Under the pieces are notes generated by a model. The model was not told the DNA's origin, did not search any database, and saw only the letters and a program-made list of their open reading frames with translations. 64,000 nt of DNA from an uncultured Pelagibacteraceae bacterium (GTDB taxonomy: Bacteria; Pseudomonadota; Alphaproteobacteria; Pelagibacterales; Pelagibacteraceae): NCBI GenBank assembly GCA_902601705.1, contig CACKNV010000002.1:44043-108042 (forward strand). Direction: 5' to 3'. The stretch's first letter is position 1. Each line of letters starts with the position of its first letter. The translations under genes and the position numbers were made by a program. Below, in pieces: positions 60,474-64,000 of the stretch.

Positions 60474-61168
60474 TTTTTTCTTCTAAAATATAAATAATAA
60501 AAAATTATAGAAATTGATATTGCATACCATGTTATAGCATATTTGAGGTGATTGTTTGGCACATCAATGCTTATCTTTTTAGGAATTGGTGACTTAACTT
60601 GGTTATCTTCCAAAAAAATTATAAACTCGTTAAATTGTTCGCCTGTAGCCTCTTTCAGGTCTTCTAAATTTATTGAAAACCAAATGTTATTTTTAATATC
60701 ATTATCTGGTTTAAACATATTTGGTTTATATATTTCTCTCAGAAGACCGACAATTTTTTGCTCGGCTGATGTATTAAGATTTATCTTAGCGTTGCCTTTA
60801 AGTTCTTTATTTATCCACCCTCTATTAACTAACACATTCTCATTTTTATTTGTTCTAAATGGAGTTACTACATCGTATCCTGGTTTTCCTTTTTCATTCA
60901 AACTATAAAGGTAGATTTGTTTATCGAAATCAAATTTTCCTTTAGCGTTTATTCTTTGATAGTTTTTTTTTATAGAATTTGAGTATTCTATTGGTTGAGA
61001 GTCTAATCCAAAAGTTATTTCGCTAATTAATTCTAATTTCCACTGAAGTCTGTATAGTTGCCAAGTGCCAAGTGCACAAAATAATGTTATGAAAAAAATT
61101 ACAAATAATTGAAATAATAATGCTTTTTTCAATTTGAGTTTAACTTCCCCAAATATAAATTGCAGCAA
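60470..61168 (-). CDS. SURF1 family cytochrome oxidase biogenesis protein
   Basis: LGTWQLYRLQWK, VLVNRGWI and a C-terminal TM segment with HLKYAITWY. The track start is TTG at 61168. An in-frame TTG at 61132 (MKKALLFQLF...) lies just past the ctaE stop and may be the real start. Confidence 0.85.
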   Translation of the reverse strand: MLQFIFGEVKLKLKKALLFQLFVIFFITLFCALGTWQLYRLQWKLELISEITFGLDSQPIEYSNSIKKNYQRINAKGKFDFDKQIYLYSLNEKGKPGYDVVTPFRTNKNENVLVNRGWINKELKGNAKINLNTSAEQKIVGLLREIYKPNMFKPDNDIKNNIWFSINLEDLKEATGEQFNEFIIFLEDNQVKSPIPKKISIDVPNNHLKYAITWYAISISIIFYYLYFRRKK

Positions 61169-61931
61169 AAAGGAACAACCAAACTACATCGACAAAGTGC
61201 CAGTACCAGGCAGCTGCTTCAAAACCAAAATGATGAGTTGGTGTTGAATGACCTTTCATTGATCTAAATAGACACACTGCTAAGAAGATTGTTCCAACGA
61301 TCACATGAAAGCCATGAAAGCCCGTAGCCATATAAAATGTGGAACCATAAATATTTCCATCTAAAGTGAAAGTGGCATGATGATATTCGTAGGCTTGAAA
61401 GCATGAAAATATAAATCCTAAAAATACAGTTGCAATCAATCCATTCACTAATCCTTTTCTATCATTCTCTAACATTGCATGGTGAGCCCAAGTTACTGTT
61501 GTTCCAGATAATAATAAAATAAGAGTATTGATTAATGGTATATCCCAAGGATCAAATGTCTTTATATCAGGTGGAGGCCATGTTCCTCCGATAGACTCAG
61601 TTGGAAATAAACTTGCATTAAAATAAGCCCAAAACCATGCAACAAAAAACATAACCTCTGAAGCAATAAAAAGTGTCATTCCATATCGATGACCAATTTG
61701 TACTACTGGAGTATGATGACCTTGGTGCTCTGCTTCCTCAATAACATCTCTCCACCACATAAATGCTCCATACACAACTAAAGCAAAACCCACTAATAAA
61801 AGCCAAAGAGCTTTGGAATGAAAATAATAAACTGCACCGACTGCTAATACTAAAGTTGCAAAAGACACATAGATCGGCCAAGGACTTGGATCTACTAAGT
61901 GAAAATCATGTTTCTTTTTTTCAGCCGACAT
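61140..61931 (-). CDS. ctaE: Cytochrome c oxidase subunit III
   Basis: Motifs: HDFHLVDPSPWP, GFHGFHVIVGT, AAWYWHFVDVVWLFLF. Confidence 0.97.
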   Translation of the reverse strand: MSAEKKKHDFHLVDPSPWPIYVSFATLVLAVGAVYYFHSKALWLLLVGFALVVYGAFMWWRDVIEEAEHQGHHTPVVQIGHRYGMTLFIASEVMFFVAWFWAYFNASLFPTESIGGTWPPPDIKTFDPWDIPLINTLILLLSGTTVTWAHHAMLENDRKGLVNGLIATVFLGFIFSCFQAYEYHHATFTLDGNIYGSTFYMATGFHGFHVIVGTIFLAVCLFRSMKGHSTPTHHFGFEAAAWYWHFVDVVWLFLFAAIYIWGS

Positions 61932-62482
61932 TAAATTTTTCCCTTTTCATAAAATTCTGATGCAAAGAACGTAAAAGATAGCGTTACATCGGAAATATTC
62001 TTTGTTTTATTATCATCAACCACTTTGGGATCCAAGAAAAATGTTAAAATAAATTCTTGCTTCTCGTTTGGTTTTAAGGTTTGTTTTTCAAAACAAAAAC
62101 AACCAATCTTATTCAAATATTTACCAAATGAAGAAGGAGAAACATTGAATGAAGCTGAACCTGATGAAGTCTGATTACTTGGGTTTTCCACATTAAATTT
62201 TATAGTGTGAACTTGGCCCGGTTTTAAATCTAATGTATTTTTTTCAGGATAAAATTTCCAATCCGAAGTGCTATGAACATTGGTGTCAAACCTCATTTTA
62301 TAATCTTGATTAACAATTATTTTTGGAATTTCTTTATCCGAAGCATTTTGTGTTGTCCCTCCGAATCCAGTCACCCTACAGAATAAATCATATAAAGGAA
62401 CAGCAGCAAAAGATAAAGCCAGCATCAAAAGAAATATTGAAACTAAGGCTATTGGTGTTAAATTTTTTTTATTAATTGTCAT
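61931..62482 (-). CDS. ctaG: Cytochrome c oxidase assembly copper chaperone CtaG/Cox11
   Basis: N-terminal TM helix, VPLYDLFCRVTGFGGT, and the copper motif GCFCFEKQ. Confidence 0.94.
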   Translation of the reverse strand: MTINKKNLTPIALVSIFLLMLALSFAAVPLYDLFCRVTGFGGTTQNASDKEIPKIIVNQDYKMRFDTNVHSTSDWKFYPEKNTLDLKPGQVHTIKFNVENPSNQTSSGSASFNVSPSSFGKYLNKIGCFCFEKQTLKPNEKQEFILTFFLDPKVVDDNKTKNISDVTLSFTFFASEFYEKGKI

Positions 62483-62592
62483 TAAATCTCCCTATTATAA
62501 ATTCCTATATTGTAGAAAGTAAGCGCAAATAAAAAGATCATAAATAGCACCAATAATATTGCAGTTATCACATTTTTCTTTTTTTTATTCAT
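62482..62592 (-). CDS. Unlisted 36-codon ORF encoding a single-pass membrane peptide between ctaB and ctaG
   Basis: My translation is MNKKKKNVITAILLVLFMIFLFALTFYNIGIYNREI. Its ATG overlaps the ctaB stop as TAATG, and its TAA overlaps the ctaG ATG as TAATG, so it fills the gap exactly. Confidence 0.6.
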   Translation of the reverse strand: MNKKKKNVITAILLVLFMIFLFALTFYNIGIYNREI

Positions 62593-63512
62593 TAGAAAAG
62601 ACTCCAAGCATTATCAATAAGTAAAATTAGATAAATAAAAAATAGATAAAAGATTGAGTAGACGAATACCTTTCTTGCAATTTTATTTGAAGTTTTTGTA
62701 ATTTTTGCTTTGAATAACTCTAAACATAAATAATTATAATATAATGTCATAGCTAATGCAGAGACTAAGTATAATAAGCTTGCAAACTCAAAATAATATG
62801 GAGCTATTACAACTGGAAGCATAGCAAATGAGTAAACCAATATATTCGTTTTTGTAGTTTTTGTTCCAGCAATTACTGGTAACATTGGTATCTTAGCTTT
62901 CTTATAATCTCCTGATTTATATAAACTCAATGCCCAGAAATGAGAAGGTGTCCAAACAAAAATAATTAAGAAAAGTATTATTGGTTCGATTGTTATTGTT
63001 CCAGTAGCTATAGTCCAACCTATGACTGGGGGTAAAGCTCCAGCGGCACCTCCAATGACAATATTCTGTGGAGTTTTTCTTTTAAGCCAGATCGTATAAA
63101 TAAAAAAATAAAAACCAATAGTTGATGCTAATAATATTGCTGAAATAGTATTTGCCGAATAGTAAAGCATAGCAACAGAAATAATTGATAAAATAGTTCC
63201 AAAATATAAAGCCTGATTTCTTTTTACTTTGCCTGTTGGTATCGGTCTTAAACAGGTTCTACTCATTAAAGCGTCAAGATCAGACTCATACCACATGTTT
63301 AAAGCTCCAGCTGCACCAGAGCCAATTGCTACTGCTAGTAATGATATTAAAGAAGTTTTAAGATCAGCACTATTAGGTGCAATCAATAAACCAACCATGC
63401 AAGTAAATAAAACAAGAGACATTACTCTTGGCTTCATTAGATTAAAAAATGAGTTAAGATCTAATGCTAAACCAAGTTTAGAGTTTCTCGTTTTTAAAAG
63501 TATCTGGCTCAA
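62592..63512 (-). CDS. ctaB: Protoheme IX farnesyltransferase (heme O synthase)
   Basis: UbiA-family polytopic protein with motifs NMWYESDLDALMSRT, RPIPTG and WTPSHFWAL. Confidence 0.95.
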   Translation of the reverse strand: MSQILLKTRNSKLGLALDLNSFFNLMKPRVMSLVLFTCMVGLLIAPNSADLKTSLISLLAVAIGSGAAGALNMWYESDLDALMSRTCLRPIPTGKVKRNQALYFGTILSIISVAMLYYSANTISAILLASTIGFYFFIYTIWLKRKTPQNIVIGGAAGALPPVIGWTIATGTITIEPIILFLIIFVWTPSHFWALSLYKSGDYKKAKIPMLPVIAGTKTTKTNILVYSFAMLPVVIAPYYFEFASLLYLVSALAMTLYYNYLCLELFKAKITKTSNKIARKVFVYSIFYLFFIYLILLIDNAWSLF

Positions 63513-63513
63513 T

Positions 63514-64000
63514 TTACTTTACTTTAGGCAGCTCTTCAAAAGTATGGAACGGCGGCGGCGAAGATACTGTCCATTCCAAAGTTGTTGCTCCTTCTCCCCA
63601 TGGATTTTGTTCTGCTTTTTTCTTTTTAGCAAAAGCATATAAAAGATTAATTAAGAAAACTGCTAAACCTACGACAGTAATATATGATCCTATTGAAGAA
63701 ATATAATTCCATCCTGCAAACGCATCTGGATAATCAGCATATCTTCTTGGCATCCCTGCTAGTCCTAAGAAATGCTGAGGAAAGAAAATTAAATTTACTC
63801 CAACAAGCGTTAACCAAAAGTGCAGTTTTCCTAAAAATTCTGAATACTCGTATCCACTCATTTTACTAAACCAGTAATAAAAGCCAGCAAATATTGCGAA
63901 TACCGCTCCCATTGAGAGTACATAATGAAAGTGTGCAACTACATAATATGTATCGTGCAAGGCAGTATCTACACCAGCGTTAGCTAAGACTACTCCAGTA
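63514..64000 (-). CDS. ctaD: Cytochrome c oxidase subunit I, C-terminal part; the 5' end runs off the window
   Basis: [33 protein letters not shown]...[20 protein letters not shown]. The reading frame stays open to position 64000. The track's start at 63960 is an internal TTG codon. Confidence 0.95.
   Translation of the reverse strand, partial: TGVVLANAGVDTALHDTYYVVAHFHYVLSMGAVFAIFAGFYYWFSKMSGYEYSEFLGKLHFWLTLVGVNLIFFPQHFLGLAGMPRRYADYPDAFAGWNYISSIGSYITVVGLAVFLINLLYAFAKKKKAEQNPWGEGATTLEWTVSSPPPFHTFEELPKVK

Overview
This is a strongly AT-rich, extremely compact stretch of core chromosome from a streamlined alphaproteobacterium. Composition, gene content and synteny look SAR11/Pelagibacter-like: a split atpI-B-E-F'-F F0 operon, CcrM, petABC, an ELM1-family gene, ctaB-ctaG-ctaE-SURF1, and retinal biosynthesis genes. 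That identification is an inference, not a database hit. I can support 71 protein-coding genes: two run off the window edges, and one is a 36-codon ORF missing from the supplied track. I also find 2 tRNAs (CAU and Gln-UUG) and the RNase P RNA. From my coordinates only about 1.1 kb of 64 kb (under 2 percent) is unassigned. All eight convergent CDS pairs overlap at their 3' ends, and eleven same-strand junctions use a TAATG stop/start overlap. I see no transposase, integrase, phage genes, CRISPR array, toxin-antitoxin or defence-island content, so I cannot honestly point to a self-contained novel system here. The points most worth a second look are: ftsZ placed between mraZ and rsmH behind three phased TGGGN repeats; a DnaG primase missing 3 of 4 zinc ligands; a family-4 uracil-DNA glycosylase missing 3 of 4 Fe-S cysteines; an 814-aa SMC with no recognisable hinge domain; a tRNA-Gln gene 6 nt upstream of the CCA-adding enzyme gene; two GANTC sites in front of ccrM; an overlapping ELM1-like/2OG-oxygenase gene pair of unknown function; the crtIBY-blh retinal cluster fused between the ATP synthase F0 operon and ispH; and the unlisted 36-codon membrane ORF inside the cytochrome oxidase assembly operon.
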